Part shown: positions 29,197 to 38,911 of the stretch, piece by piece | How the letters are laid out: every line of letters begins with the position of its first letter | Numbering within the stretch: position 1 is the stretch's first letter | NCBI GenBank assembly: GCA_965227775.1 | Contig: OZ245777.1 | Location: 288,001-352,000 of the forward strand | Direction: 5' to 3' | DNA length: 64,000 nucleotides | From: Phycisphaerales bacterium | GTDB taxonomy: Bacteria; Planctomycetota; Phycisphaerae; Phycisphaerales; UBA1924 | Made by a program: the position numbers and the translations under genes | Notes under the pieces: generated by a model | Told to the model about the DNA's origin: nothing | Databases searched by the model: none | What the model saw: the letters and a program-made list of their open reading frames with translations, nothing else

Positions 29197-31115
29197 GGCA
29201 GCACGCGCTCGACGATCCGGCGCACAGCCGGCCCCGCAACGCTCGATCCGTAGTACTGGTTCCGGCGGATCGTCTCGGGCCCGGGGTCTTCGATGCTCAC
29301 CATCACCACCACGCGCGGTCGGTCGAGTGGCGCCCCGGCCACGAAGCTCGACACGTACTGCTGCTCGAGGTAGCCCCGCGCGCCGGGCGGCCGGCGGTGC
29401 CACGCCTCCGTGCGCTCGGGGGCCACCTGGGCGGTGCCAGACTTGCCGAACATAGAGTACGAGAACGGCCCCTCGCGCCGCATCTTCTCGTCGAGCTTCT
29501 TCGCGATGTCAACCATAACGGTCCGCGTCGCCATCGCCGCTTCGGGTGAGACCGCACGACGGGCAACGAGTCCGTCTGGTCCGTCAACGTCTACCGCGGT
29601 CAACCGCAGCGCCGGCACCGTGCCCGCATCGCTGCCGTTTCGCGCAAACGCGCAATAGGCTCTTGCGACCTGCGCAACGCTCGTCGTCACCTCCTGCCCG
29701 AAGGCGATCGACACGTGCGTGTAGTCGTTCCAATTCTTGAGCGATCGCAGCGTGCCGTGCGCTTCGTCGGGCAGCCCCACGCGTGGTGGTTCGCCGATTC
29801 CGAACCGCTCGAGCGATGCCCTGAATTCGGCCGGCGTGAACTCTTGTGCCGCCGTGGCCATGCCGATGTTGGACGAGTTCACCAGCACCTCGGCCCACGT
29901 CTGCTCACCGTTGGCACGCACGTCGCTCAACCGGCGCCCGTTGATGAACGTCACGCCACCGGGCGCCGGCTCGAACACGCGATCGAGCAGTTCGGGATGA
30001 CCGTCGGTCAGCGCCGCCCACACGAACGCCTTGAACGTCGAGCCAGGTTCGTACGCGTCTTCGATCACGCGATTACGCGCGATCGCGGGATCTTGCTCGC
30101 GCAACATGTCAGGCCGGACAAATCGGAACCGCTGGAACAGATCGACCCGTCGCGGCCACTCGCTCTTGGGCACGCGCGCGTCGGCCCACGGGTATGGCAC
30201 ATTCTCGACCTCCCGCAGGAGGTCGGTCATCGCCAGCACCTCGCCCGTGGAAGGATCGAGCACGAGCACCATGCCGCCGGCGGCGTCGGCATCCTCCATC
30301 GCACGCTCGAGCTCGGCTCGAGCGATCCGCTGGATCTCCAGGTCGATCGAAAGGTGCAGCGGCGCCGCTGGCTCGGGCGCCTTCGCGTCACCGCGTGCGA
30401 TCCACAGCGGGTGCCCCTTCGCGTCGTGCGTGTACGTGATTGCGCCCGGCTCGCCCTCCAGCCGCTGGCGCATGGTGCGCTCCAACCCCTCGCTGTACTT
30501 CGGGTCGCTGCCAACTTTGCCAACGATCGACGCCGCCAGGTCGCCGCCGACGCGATCGCGGATCGCCTCGCGCTCCAGGTGGATCCCCGGCAAGCGGTTG
30601 GCTCGCACGATCGCCAGCTTGTAATCATCGAGAAACCCGCCGATGCGCACGTAGCGAATCAACGGCTTCGGCTTCTCGCCTTGCTCACCACCCGCTCGGT
30701 ATTGCTCGATGGCCCGTCGGCGATCACGGTTCGCCGCCAGCGTGGTCTGGATGCGCCGGTCGATGTCGAAATCGTCCTCGCCCGTCATCCACGCCATCGC
30801 CGCCGCGAGTTCGTCGATGCTGATGCGCTCTTCCTCGATCTCCTCGGCAATCTGCACCGGATCGAAGAACACACGGTGGACGTACCGCGAGACCGCAAGC
30901 GGCCGGCCGCGCCGGTCGAGCACGTCGGCCCGCGGCACGCTGATGGCGTGCTGACGCTCGCGAGCCTCGAGCACCGGCAGGATCTGCTTGGGAGGCATCG
31001 CCTGCAGCATCGCGACGCGCACCACGATCACCAGCAGCATCGCAGAACACCCGATGCCCAGCGCGGGCGCAACCCATCGCACGCGTGTGGCTGCCCGTTG
31101 CTCCTCAACGCCCAT
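29124..31115 (-). CDS. ftsI: Class B penicillin-binding protein (FtsI-like transpeptidase)
   Basis: N-terminal TM, RADVLDRRGRPLA, LSID..IQ, EPGSTFK (SxxK), SSN (SxN), KSGTAQ. Confidence 0.9.
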   Translation of the reverse strand: MGVEEQRAATRVRWVAPALGIGCSAMLLVIVVRVAMLQAMPPKQILPVLEARERQHAISVPRADVLDRRGRPLAVSRYVHRVFFDPVQIAEEIEEERISIDELAAAMAWMTGEDDFDIDRRIQTTLAANRDRRRAIEQYRAGGEQGEKPKPLIRYVRIGGFLDDYKLAIVRANRLPGIHLEREAIRDRVGGDLAASIVGKVGSDPKYSEGLERTMRQRLEGEPGAITYTHDAKGHPLWIARGDAKAPEPAAPLHLSIDLEIQRIARAELERAMEDADAAGGMVLVLDPSTGEVLAMTDLLREVENVPYPWADARVPKSEWPRRVDLFQRFRFVRPDMLREQDPAIARNRVIEDAYEPGSTFKAFVWAALTDGHPELLDRVFEPAPGGVTFINGRRLSDVRANGEQTWAEVLVNSSNIGMATAAQEFTPAEFRASLERFGIGEPPRVGLPDEAHGTLRSLKNWNDYTHVSIAFGQEVTTSVAQVARAYCAFARNGSDAGTVPALRLTAVDVDGPDGLVARRAVSPEAAMATRTVMVDIAKKLDEKMRREGPFSYSMFGKSGTAQVAPERTEAWHRRPPGARGYLEQQYVSSFVAGAPLDRPRVVVMVSIEDPGPETIRRNQYYGSSVAGPAVRRIVERVLPYLGVEPDRESADASSTSALANAR

Positions 31116-31401
31116 ACGCGTCTTCCATTGCAAGCTCGGCGTCACCGGCGTCGGCTTCTAGCTCTGCCAGCCGCTGATGCAACTCGTCGGGGCCAACGTG
31201 CTTGGAGATGTCCGCCCGCAGCCGCTTGGAGTACTCGTCCACCTGCATCACGCGAAGCCGCAAGGACGCGAACTCGTGCGCCGCCTGCGTGCGCATCTGC
31301 CGGATGGTGAGCAATGCCCCGGAGATGCCCACGAGCGCAACGACGCAGAAGGCCAGCTTGCAGCCAAAGACGCCGTCGATCTGCACTTTTGGACGCGCCA
31401 T
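31105..31401 (-). CDS. ftsL: FtsL-like small bitopic coiled-coil protein
   Basis: 98 aa, single TM then coiled coil, immediately upstream of ftsI and downstream of rsmH (positional argument). Confidence 0.55.
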   Translation of the reverse strand: MARPKVQIDGVFGCKLAFCVVALVGISGALLTIRQMRTQAAHEFASLRLRVMQVDEYSKRLRADISKHVGPDELHQRLAELEADAGDAELAMEDAYGR

Positions 31402-31404
31402 CGG

Positions 31405-32364
31405 TCAGGAACTCGGCAGCTTCAGCACCATGCCCGCTCGCAGGTTATCGGGGTCTCGCAGCACATCGCGGTTGAGCGCGATCAGCTCGTGCTGGCGACG
31501 CACCGTGCCGAGCACGTCCTGAGCGATCTCGCCCAGCGTATCGCCGGACTTCACTGTGTACGTCAGCGGCCCCTTGGGCGCGGGCGTGGCCTCACGAGCT
31601 TCGGCGACGCGCACCGGCACCGGCTGGCCGCCCGGCGTCGGATCGAAGATCCGCAGCGTCACACCCTGCCGCACGGAGCCGTTCTCACCCACGCGGCCAA
31701 CGTTGTCCTTCGCGATGCGACGCCACGCGTTGCCATCGCCGTAGTACTTCTCGGCAATCTTGTAGAGCGACTCGTTCGGCTGCACATGGTGCTGAATGAC
31801 AACCGGCTCGGTCGAGACCTCTCGCGACACCTGGCGGCCGCTCTCGTCACCCATGGAGGCCATGCCGTTGGGCTTGGAGATCTGTGCCAGATTCGTCAGC
31901 CGGCGCACGCCGTCGGCCACAGCCTCGGCGCCTTCGGCGACCGAGTCGCCCACCACGTCCAGCACGCTCCGCCCGCGCTCCGTCTCTTCGGGTACGAACG
32001 CCCCACCGCCCTCGCCCATGACCAGCTTGATGGGCCCCGGGCGCGGCCGCTCGGCCGCGATGGTGTCCCGCGTTTCACGTGCCTGCTCGATGGCGGATCG
32101 CTCCTCGCCACGCGCCACTTCGCGCTCGCCCATGCCGGGGGCCTGCCGCACGGGTCGACCGCGGTACTCGTTGGTCGTCGACGGCATCGCGACCGCCCGA
32201 CGCATCGCCTGGCCCTCGTCAGCATCGATCACGACCGTCGCGTCGTGGGGCGCGTCTTCCAGGTCGGCCGTCCGCGCGGCCGCCAGGTGATCGCTGATCA
32301 ACAACCCCACCACCATCACGGCGGCGAATCCAAGCACCAAGGCCAGCTTCTGCTCTCGGGTCAA
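31405..32364 (-). CDS. Membrane-anchored protein with two LysM peptidoglycan-binding domains
   Basis: HHVQPNESLYKIAEKYYG..W..IA and YTVKSGDTLGEIAQ...LRAGMVLKLP; N-terminal TM. Confidence 0.9.
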   Translation of the reverse strand: MTREQKLALVLGFAAVMVVGLLISDHLAAARTADLEDAPHDATVVIDADEGQAMRRAVAMPSTTNEYRGRPVRQAPGMGEREVARGEERSAIEQARETRDTIAAERPRPGPIKLVMGEGGGAFVPEETERGRSVLDVVGDSVAEGAEAVADGVRRLTNLAQISKPNGMASMGDESGRQVSREVSTEPVVIQHHVQPNESLYKIAEKYYGDGNAWRRIAKDNVGRVGENGSVRQGVTLRIFDPTPGGQPVPVRVAEAREATPAPKGPLTYTVKSGDTLGEIAQDVLGTVRRQHELIALNRDVLRDPDNLRAGMVLKLPSS

Positions 32365-33347
32365 CGCGACGGTCCCCCTTCCACGCTCGGGGTCAGTTCG
32401 ATGGCACGCAGGCGGGCGGACCGGGCGCGACGGTTGACCGCGGTCTCCACGTCTCCCGGCACGATCGGCTTGCGGGTCAGGCGGCGGGCCAGCCCGGCAT
32501 CGCCCAGGGACGCAAACGAACGCTTGACCATCCGATCCTCAAGAGAATGGAAGGAAATGACGGCCACCCGTGCCCCCTGGGCCAGCCACCGGCGGCCCTC
32601 GTCCTCACGCACCGTCCCGCCTGCTCGGACCGGTCCGCTCATGCTCGTCGTCGACCCGGCTTGAGACGAAATCGCATCAAGCAGGGCCGACAGCGCACCC
32701 AGCTCGTCGTTGACAGCTATCCGTAACGCCTGGAACGTCCGAGTAGCCGGGTCGATGCCGCCACCAGTGGTGCAAGACCGGACGAGCGCTGCGAGCGCGC
32801 GCGTGGTCGTTATCGGTTGCGAATCGCGACAGGCGACAACTTTCCGGGCGATCCGCCGAGACCCCCGCTCCTCGCCGAACGTCCACAGAATCTCGGCGAT
32901 TTCTGCCTCCGTCGCGGTCGCCAGCAGCTCGGCTGCGCTCACCCCACTGGTCGGGTCCAGCCGCATGTCCAGCGGCCCGTCACGCTTGAACGAGAAGCCC
33001 CGTTGCGGGTCATCCACCTGCGGACTGGAAAAGCCCAGGTCGGCCAGCAGCGCGTGGGCTTGAAGGCCCAGATCTACCAGCGCCGCCGGCAGCCCCGCGA
33101 ATGACCCGCGAACGGCTTCGACGCGCACGTCGGGGTGGGCTTCCCGCACAGTTGCCGTCGCCCGCTGCAGCATCGAGGTGTCGAGATCGTTCAGCACCAC
33201 CACGCCATCGGGCCCCACCAGGCCCGCCGCGATCGCCGCATGCCCACCCAGCCCCGCCGTCGCATCCACGTACACATCGCCTGGCCGCAGCGCGAGCACG
33301 TCGATCGACTCTCGGGCAAGCACGGATTGGTGTTCGTTCTGGGACAT
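32361..33347 (-). CDS. rsmH: 16S rRNA m4C1402 methyltransferase
   Basis: DATAGLGGH, DLGFSSPQ, RGFSF..DGPLDMR, TRTFQALRIAVNDEL, ISFHSLEDRMVK, NRRARSARLR. Confidence 0.96.
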   Translation of the reverse strand: MSQNEHQSVLARESIDVLALRPGDVYVDATAGLGGHAAIAAGLVGPDGVVVLNDLDTSMLQRATATVREAHPDVRVEAVRGSFAGLPAALVDLGLQAHALLADLGFSSPQVDDPQRGFSFKRDGPLDMRLDPTSGVSAAELLATATEAEIAEILWTFGEERGSRRIARKVVACRDSQPITTTRALAALVRSCTTGGGIDPATRTFQALRIAVNDELGALSALLDAISSQAGSTTSMSGPVRAGGTVREDEGRRWLAQGARVAVISFHSLEDRMVKRSFASLGDAGLARRLTRKPIVPGDVETAVNRRARSARLRAIELTPSVEGGPSR

Positions 33348-33394
33348 CCAAGGCATGATTGCACGCCGCGTGCCCGGCCGCAGTACAGTCGGGC

Positions 33395-34402
33395 ATGAAA
33401 GCGATCATCCCGCTCGCGCTCGCCGTCCTCCTGCTCACAGGCTGCTCGCCCCTGGGCCTCACGGTGCGCCTGGGCCCGGCCAACGACCAGGTCGTCGCAT
33501 CCCAGGTGCTCGAGGTTGGCGAGGGGCCGGGCAGGGCCAGCGACCGCGTGGCGATGATCGTGGTCCGCGGGCTCATCACCGATACCCCCACCACCGGCCT
33601 GCTGGGCACCAGCAGCGCCCCGATCGACGAGATGGTTGCCCAGCTCAAGATGGCCGCCGACGACCCCAAAGTCCGGGCGGTCATCCTCCGCATCGACTCG
33701 CCCGGCGGCACCGTCGCCGGCAGTGAGACGGCGTTCAACGAGGTCCGGGCCTTCACCGAGCATTCGGGCAAGCCCGTCATCGTCTCGCTGGGTGAGGTCG
33801 CCACCAGCGGCGGGTACTACCTCGCGCTCGCGGGGGACCACATCATCGCCGAGCCCGCCACGCTCACAGGCTCCATCGGCGTACTCATCCCCAGCTTCAA
33901 CGCGAGCGAGGGCCTCGACAAGCTGGGCATCCGCACACTGTTCGTAACTAGCGGCCCCAACAAGGACTTAGCCAATCCGCTCGCGCCCGTCCAGGAGGGC
34001 CACTACGACATCCTCCGCGGCATCGTGGGCGAGTACTACGCCAGCTTCCTCTCCCTCGTCCTGCGCCGCAGGCCCGGCCTGCTGCCCGACGAGGTGGCCA
34101 CCGCCACCGACGGCCGCGTCATGACCGGGGACACCGCCGCCGCAATCGGGCTGGTCGATAGCCTCGGCGGCGTGCGCGAGGCCATGGACAAGGCCATGGA
34201 GATGGCAGAACTCGAACGCGCCGTCCTGATCCGCTATGGCCGCCGCGGCAATGCCCCGCGCACCGCGTACGCCACGAGCCAAGTGCCCTCGCCGCTCATG
34301 GCCGACAACTCCGTCAGCCTGCTCCGCGTCGACGGCGGAGCGCTGCCCACGAGTGCGCTCGGCCTGCGCCCGGGCGTGGGCTACTACGTCTGGATTCCCT
34401 GA
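33395..34402 (+). CDS. sppA: Signal peptide peptidase SppA (S49), lipoprotein
   Basis: Lipobox LLTGC; LRIDSPGG, ATSGGYY, TGSIGV, SGPNKD, DGRV. Confidence 0.92.
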   Translation: MKAIIPLALAVLLLTGCSPLGLTVRLGPANDQVVASQVLEVGEGPGRASDRVAMIVVRGLITDTPTTGLLGTSSAPIDEMVAQLKMAADDPKVRAVILRIDSPGGTVAGSETAFNEVRAFTEHSGKPVIVSLGEVATSGGYYLALAGDHIIAEPATLTGSIGVLIPSFNASEGLDKLGIRTLFVTSGPNKDLANPLAPVQEGHYDILRGIVGEYYASFLSLVLRRRPGLLPDEVATATDGRVMTGDTAAAIGLVDSLGGVREAMDKAMEMAELERAVLIRYGRRGNAPRTAYATSQVPSPLMADNSVSLLRVDGGALPTSALGLRPGVGYYVWIP

Positions 34403-34467
34403 ACCGAGCTCCGCCACCCGGCTTTTGCATCGGCAGATACCGGCCGCCCGATAGCTCCTCCTGACAC

Positions 34468-35784
34468 GTGCGCCCGGGCTGGACCATCCTGATCTGCGTG
34501 CTGACGCTGCTGGGCGTCGGCTTGGTCATGGTGCGCTCGGCCAGCACCGCCGTCGAGGAGATCGATAAGCCCGCTCCGCTCGACTTCAGCCCCGGCGCGG
34601 CCCTGGTCGTCGTGCCCGATCCGGATCCTCCCCAGGACACGACGTTCCGCGAGGCGCTGCTGGATATGGCCGGCTCGCGAGCCGCGGTCTACGCCGGCCT
34701 GGCATTGCTCGCCACGCTCGCCTTTGCCGCGTTGCCCGCCTCGTTGCTCGATCGCGTCGATGCGTTCACACGGATCGAGCGCCCAGCCCTGTGGCTAGCA
34801 ATCTCGATCGCCGTAATCGTGGGCGTGCTCCTGCTGGTGTACGTGCCCGGCATCAGCAGGGAAGCCAAGGGTGCCAAGCGCTGGATCGAATTCACCCTCC
34901 CGGGCGCCGGCCTGCAGAGCCTGCAGCCGAGCGAGATCGCCAAGTGGGTGCTACCCACCCTCATCGCCATCTTCGCAGCCGCCCGCGGCCCGGCCATCGG
35001 GACCATCCTCAAGGGCCTCTTGCCCGCCGGCATCGCCGTCGCCCTCGTGTGCGGGCTCATCATGCGTGAAGACCTCGGCACGGCCGTGCTCATCGGCGCT
35101 TCGTGCGGTGTGGTGCTGCTGGCCGCGGGCATCCGCTGGTGGCATGTCGGTGTGCTCGCCGCCGTCGCCCTTGCCGCCTCCGTCCACGCGGTCCACACCA
35201 GCCCGTACCGCATGGACCGCATCACCAGCTTCCTCGACCCATGGGCAGACCCGGCCGGCAAGGGCTACCACATGATCCAGAGCATCGCCGCCATCTCGGG
35301 CGGCGAGCTCACCGGCCGCGGCCTGGGCAACGGGCTCCACAAGCTCGACTACCTTCCCGAAGACACCACCGACTTCCTCTTCGCCATCATCTGCGAGGAG
35401 CTCGGTGTGCTCGGCGCCGCGGGCGTCGCGGGCGTGTTCGCGCTGCTCATCTGGGCCTGCATCGGCGTCGTCCGCAACGAGCGCAGCTCGGCGTGCCAGC
35501 TGGTCGCACTCGGCATCACCGCGACGGTCGCGCTCCAGGCAATCATGAATCTCGCCGTCGTCACCGGCCTCGGCCCGACCAAAGGCATCGCCCTCCCGCT
35601 CGTAAGCGCCGGCGGCACGGGCTGGGTGCTCACCGGCGCATCGCTCGGCCTGCTCGTCGCGATGGATCGCCGCCAAGCCGCGCGCGGTATCGCGGTCGAG
35701 CGAGAGCCCGCGCCTGAGCCCGCCGGCGTGCAACGCAGCCTCTTCTCGCGAAGCAGCGGCCCGATCGTCGAGGCGCCGGCTTGA
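34468..35784 (+). CDS. ftsW: SEDS peptidoglycan polymerase FtsW
   Basis: GAKRW, LQPSEIAK, DLGT, FLDPW, LPEDTTDFLFAII.EE.G, TKGIALPLVSAGG; next to murG. Confidence 0.9.
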   Translation: MRPGWTILICVLTLLGVGLVMVRSASTAVEEIDKPAPLDFSPGAALVVVPDPDPPQDTTFREALLDMAGSRAAVYAGLALLATLAFAALPASLLDRVDAFTRIERPALWLAISIAVIVGVLLLVYVPGISREAKGAKRWIEFTLPGAGLQSLQPSEIAKWVLPTLIAIFAAARGPAIGTILKGLLPAGIAVALVCGLIMREDLGTAVLIGASCGVVLLAAGIRWWHVGVLAAVALAASVHAVHTSPYRMDRITSFLDPWADPAGKGYHMIQSIAAISGGELTGRGLGNGLHKLDYLPEDTTDFLFAIICEELGVLGAAGVAGVFALLIWACIGVVRNERSSACQLVALGITATVALQAIMNLAVVTGLGPTKGIALPLVSAGGTGWVLTGASLGLLVAMDRRQAARGIAVEREPAPEPAGVQRSLFSRSSGPIVEAPA

Positions 35785-36920
35785 GCCGCAAGGCGCACAT
35801 CGGCATCGCATTCCTTGGTGGTGGCAGCGGTGGACACATCTACCCCTCGCTCGCCGTCGCAGACGCCGTCGCCGGCCTCGTTCCAGACGCCCGCGCGACG
35901 TTCCTCACCGGAGACCGTCCTGCTGACAAGCAGGCCCTCGCGAGCGAACTGGTCTTCAGCGAACCCGCCGAACGCATCGCCCTGCACGCGCGCCCACCCT
36001 CGACACGCCCACTCGCGATGTTCCGCTGCGTGCGCGCCTGGGGCCAAGCCGTGCGCGACAGCCGCGAAGCCCTGCGAGACCTGAAGGCTGAATGCGAGCG
36101 CGTCATCGCGATGTCCACCGGCGGCTACGTTTCGGCTCCCGCCGCCATGGCCGCCCGCGCCGAGCGGGTCCCGCTCGTGCTCGTGAGCCTCGACGCGCGC
36201 ATCGGCAAGGCCAACCGCTTCGTCGGCAAACTCGCCGCACACAAGCTCGTAGCCCAAGACGACGCGCCAGAGGGCTGGCGCGGCATCGGCCCCATCATCG
36301 GAACCCGCGCCATCGCGCCGGGCTCCAAGGCTGACTGCCGGCGCATGCTCGGGCTCGATACCGACCAACCCACGTTGCTTGTCATGGGTGGCAGCCAGGG
36401 CGCGACATCCATCAACCAGCTCATGAAGGCGCTGTGTGAGCAGAACGCCACCTCGTTGCGCCCATGGCAGGTGATCCATCTCGCAGGCTCCCAATCGTCC
36501 GCAAGCGAACTGCAAACCGCGTACGACGACGCCGGCGTGTTCGCGAGCGTGCTCGATCGCCTGAGCCCGATGGGCCCGGCCTGGGGTTCGGCCGACCTTG
36601 CGCTTTGCCGCAGCGGCGCCGGATCGGTCGCTGAGGTCCACGCCAACGCGGTACCCGCCGTGTTCCTGCCCTACCCCTACCACCGCGACGGGCACCAGGC
36701 AGCCAACGCGCAGCCGCTGGTCGACGCCGGCGGCGCGGTACTACTCGAAGATCGCATCACCGCGAAGGCAAACCTCGACGCGATCGCGCCCACGCTGCTG
36801 GAGCTTTTGGGCTCGGCCGACAAACGACAGGCGATGTCCGACGCGTTGCAACGCGCGCCCCGGCGTGATGGCGCCGCAGCGTGCGCGCGCGTGCTCGTCG
36901 AATCAGCAGTTCGCTGCTGA
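35781..36920 (+). CDS. murG: Undecaprenyl-PP-MurNAc-pentapeptide GlcNAc transferase
   Basis: GGGSGGHIYP, GGYVS, GGSQGA, RSGAGSVAE, HQAANA. Confidence 0.93.
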   Translation: MSRKAHIGIAFLGGGSGGHIYPSLAVADAVAGLVPDARATFLTGDRPADKQALASELVFSEPAERIALHARPPSTRPLAMFRCVRAWGQAVRDSREALRDLKAECERVIAMSTGGYVSAPAAMAARAERVPLVLVSLDARIGKANRFVGKLAAHKLVAQDDAPEGWRGIGPIIGTRAIAPGSKADCRRMLGLDTDQPTLLVMGGSQGATSINQLMKALCEQNATSLRPWQVIHLAGSQSSASELQTAYDDAGVFASVLDRLSPMGPAWGSADLALCRSGAGSVAEVHANAVPAVFLPYPYHRDGHQAANAQPLVDAGGAVLLEDRITAKANLDAIAPTLLELLGSADKRQAMSDALQRAPRRDGAAACARVLVESAVRC

Positions 36921-36971
36921 TTCCCACGAGTTTGCGCAGGCGAGGCGGCGCGATCTGGTATACTTGCGGCG

Positions 36972-37526
36972 ATGGGGCAGAATGGTCACAGTAACGCCCA
37001 GGAAGCCAACGGCCGCACGCCGTGCTGCGTGCTCTGGACGCCCGCCGGAACGCAGCCTCCCGCCGAGCTGCTCGCCTCACTCGAGCGCCGCTCGCTCACC
37101 TGGGTGGGCGTGCAGGACGGCTACTCGGCGATGACAGAAATCCTCCTCCGCCAGCGAGCCGGCGAGGGGTCCAAGTCGGCGGTGCTCGTCTTGGTGCATC
37201 CGACAAAGCTCGATTTATCGGGCCTCGTCGTCGACGCCCTCGGCCGCTTTGCCGGGCCCGTGGCGGTGTGGAGGTTCGATCCTGACGCCCAGCCGGTGCT
37301 CGCCGCAGCCCAGCGGCACGAACTGGCCACGGTCTTCGTGCGAACACAAGAGGGGGAGCCCGGCCAAGCCGATCCCTCGCGAGCTCGCCCGCGCCCTTCG
37401 CCCGAAGCCGGTCCGAGCCCGGGCGAGCAACGCCCGATCGAGCGCGAGGAGGAGGAGCCGACAACCGCGTCGCTGCTGAGCGACGAGGAACTCAGCATGC
37501 TGCTGGCCGATCGGCCGGGGAAGTAG
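36972..37526 (+). CDS. Hypothetical protein (alpha/beta, pseudo-receiver-like N-part; Pro-rich linker)
   Basis: ORF with TATACT box upstream, 3 nt from the GGDEF gene. Confidence 0.6.
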   Translation: MGQNGHSNAQEANGRTPCCVLWTPAGTQPPAELLASLERRSLTWVGVQDGYSAMTEILLRQRAGEGSKSAVLVLVHPTKLDLSGLVVDALGRFAGPVAVWRFDPDAQPVLAAAQRHELATVFVRTQEGEPGQADPSRARPRPSPEAGPSPGEQRPIEREEEEPTTASLLSDEELSMLLADRPGK

Positions 37527-37529
37527 GCA

Positions 37530-38906
37530 ATGGCGCTGGGCGGACGGTTGATGGGAGCAATTGTGGCCACAGACGGAGCATCGCAGACCGGCGCAACCAC
37601 CAACGGCCCGACGCGGGCCGAGGGACCGGCTCGCATCGTGCTCGTAGGCCAGACGGGCCTCGACGGCGTGCTCGCCGCACCGGCGACGACCGAGATGGTG
37701 CGCGTCCGCAGCGGCATGGACGCGCTGGGCGAAGTCTCGGTCTGGAGCCGCCAGCGACACGAACACGGCGGCGAGCAGGTCGTCGTACTGGGCGAAGCCA
37801 TCGACGCCGACCCGACACTGCTGCGCGCACGCAAGCTCGTCGACGCGCTCCGGCGCCTCGACCCCGGCGTGCGCGTTCTGGCGATTGGACGACCACTCGA
37901 GAGCGAGAGCAGAGGCAATGGCAGCGAAGGTGGCGAGGACGCCTTCGACGGCTGGCTCGACATCGACGATCCGGTGTTCTCTTCACGCGTGCTACTGCAC
38001 GGCCAGCGCGCCGCGAGATCGACGCCGACACCAAGCCCGCAACGCACCGTTGAGGTGCCGGCACCACCGAAGCCTATAGCGCCCGCACCACCAGCCGACG
38101 ATCGCCGGCTCGTCGAGATGCTGCTTGCCGGCGAGTCGATCGAAGCCGCCGCTGTCGATCTCGCATCACGTCGCGCGGGCGCGCCGATGTCGTTGCGTGA
38201 TTTGGCCGAGGCATCCGATATCGCCGGCTACGCGCGCATCCCCGGCGTCAACGACCGCGTTCTCGTTGGACCGCGTACAACCAGGGAACAACTGGCCGGC
38301 GCCGCCGAGTGGCTGGGCGGGTGGTTGAGGCTCGAGGCTCAACATCGCACGCTGCAAGACGAGGCCAACACCGACCCGCTCACCGGTGCCTGGAACCGCC
38401 GCCACTTCGAGCGTGCGCTCACAGACGCCATCGAGGCCGCCGGCGAAGCCCGCCGCGACCTCTCCGTGCTCGTGTTCGACATCGACGACTTCAAGAACTT
38501 CAACGACGAGCACGGCCACGATGCCGGCGACGAGATCCTCCGCGAGGTCGTCCAGCTCCTGCAGAGCGTGATCCGCCCGAGCGACAAGGTCTGCCGTATC
38601 GGCGGCGACGAGTTTGCCGTCATCTTCGACGACCCCGCCGGCAAGCGCGAACCCACGAGCCGCCATCCGCGATCGGTCGTGGGCGTTGCGAAGCGATTCC
38701 AGAAGCAGGTTGCCGCGAAGCGATTCCCCAAGCTGGGCGATGATGCGCCCGGCCGCCTGACGATCTCGGGCGGGCTTGCAACGTTCCCGTGGGATGGCCT
38801 CGACGTTGCCGCTCTCGTGCGCGCGGCCGACCAGCGCGCGCTCGACAGCAAGCATCAGGGCAAGAACGCCATCGAGCTCGGCCCCACCGACGACGCCGAA
38901 GACTGA
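37530..38906 (+). CDS. Diguanylate cyclase (GGDEF)
   Basis: TDPLTG.WNRR, DIDDFKNFND..GH.AGD, RPSD I-site, RIGGDEF, AAD.....K..GKN. Confidence 0.93.
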   Translation: MALGGRLMGAIVATDGASQTGATTNGPTRAEGPARIVLVGQTGLDGVLAAPATTEMVRVRSGMDALGEVSVWSRQRHEHGGEQVVVLGEAIDADPTLLRARKLVDALRRLDPGVRVLAIGRPLESESRGNGSEGGEDAFDGWLDIDDPVFSSRVLLHGQRAARSTPTPSPQRTVEVPAPPKPIAPAPPADDRRLVEMLLAGESIEAAAVDLASRRAGAPMSLRDLAEASDIAGYARIPGVNDRVLVGPRTTREQLAGAAEWLGGWLRLEAQHRTLQDEANTDPLTGAWNRRHFERALTDAIEAAGEARRDLSVLVFDIDDFKNFNDEHGHDAGDEILREVVQLLQSVIRPSDKVCRIGGDEFAVIFDDPAGKREPTSRHPRSVVGVAKRFQKQVAAKRFPKLGDDAPGRLTISGGLATFPWDGLDVAALVRAADQRALDSKHQGKNAIELGPTDDAED

Positions 38907-38911
38907 TATTC

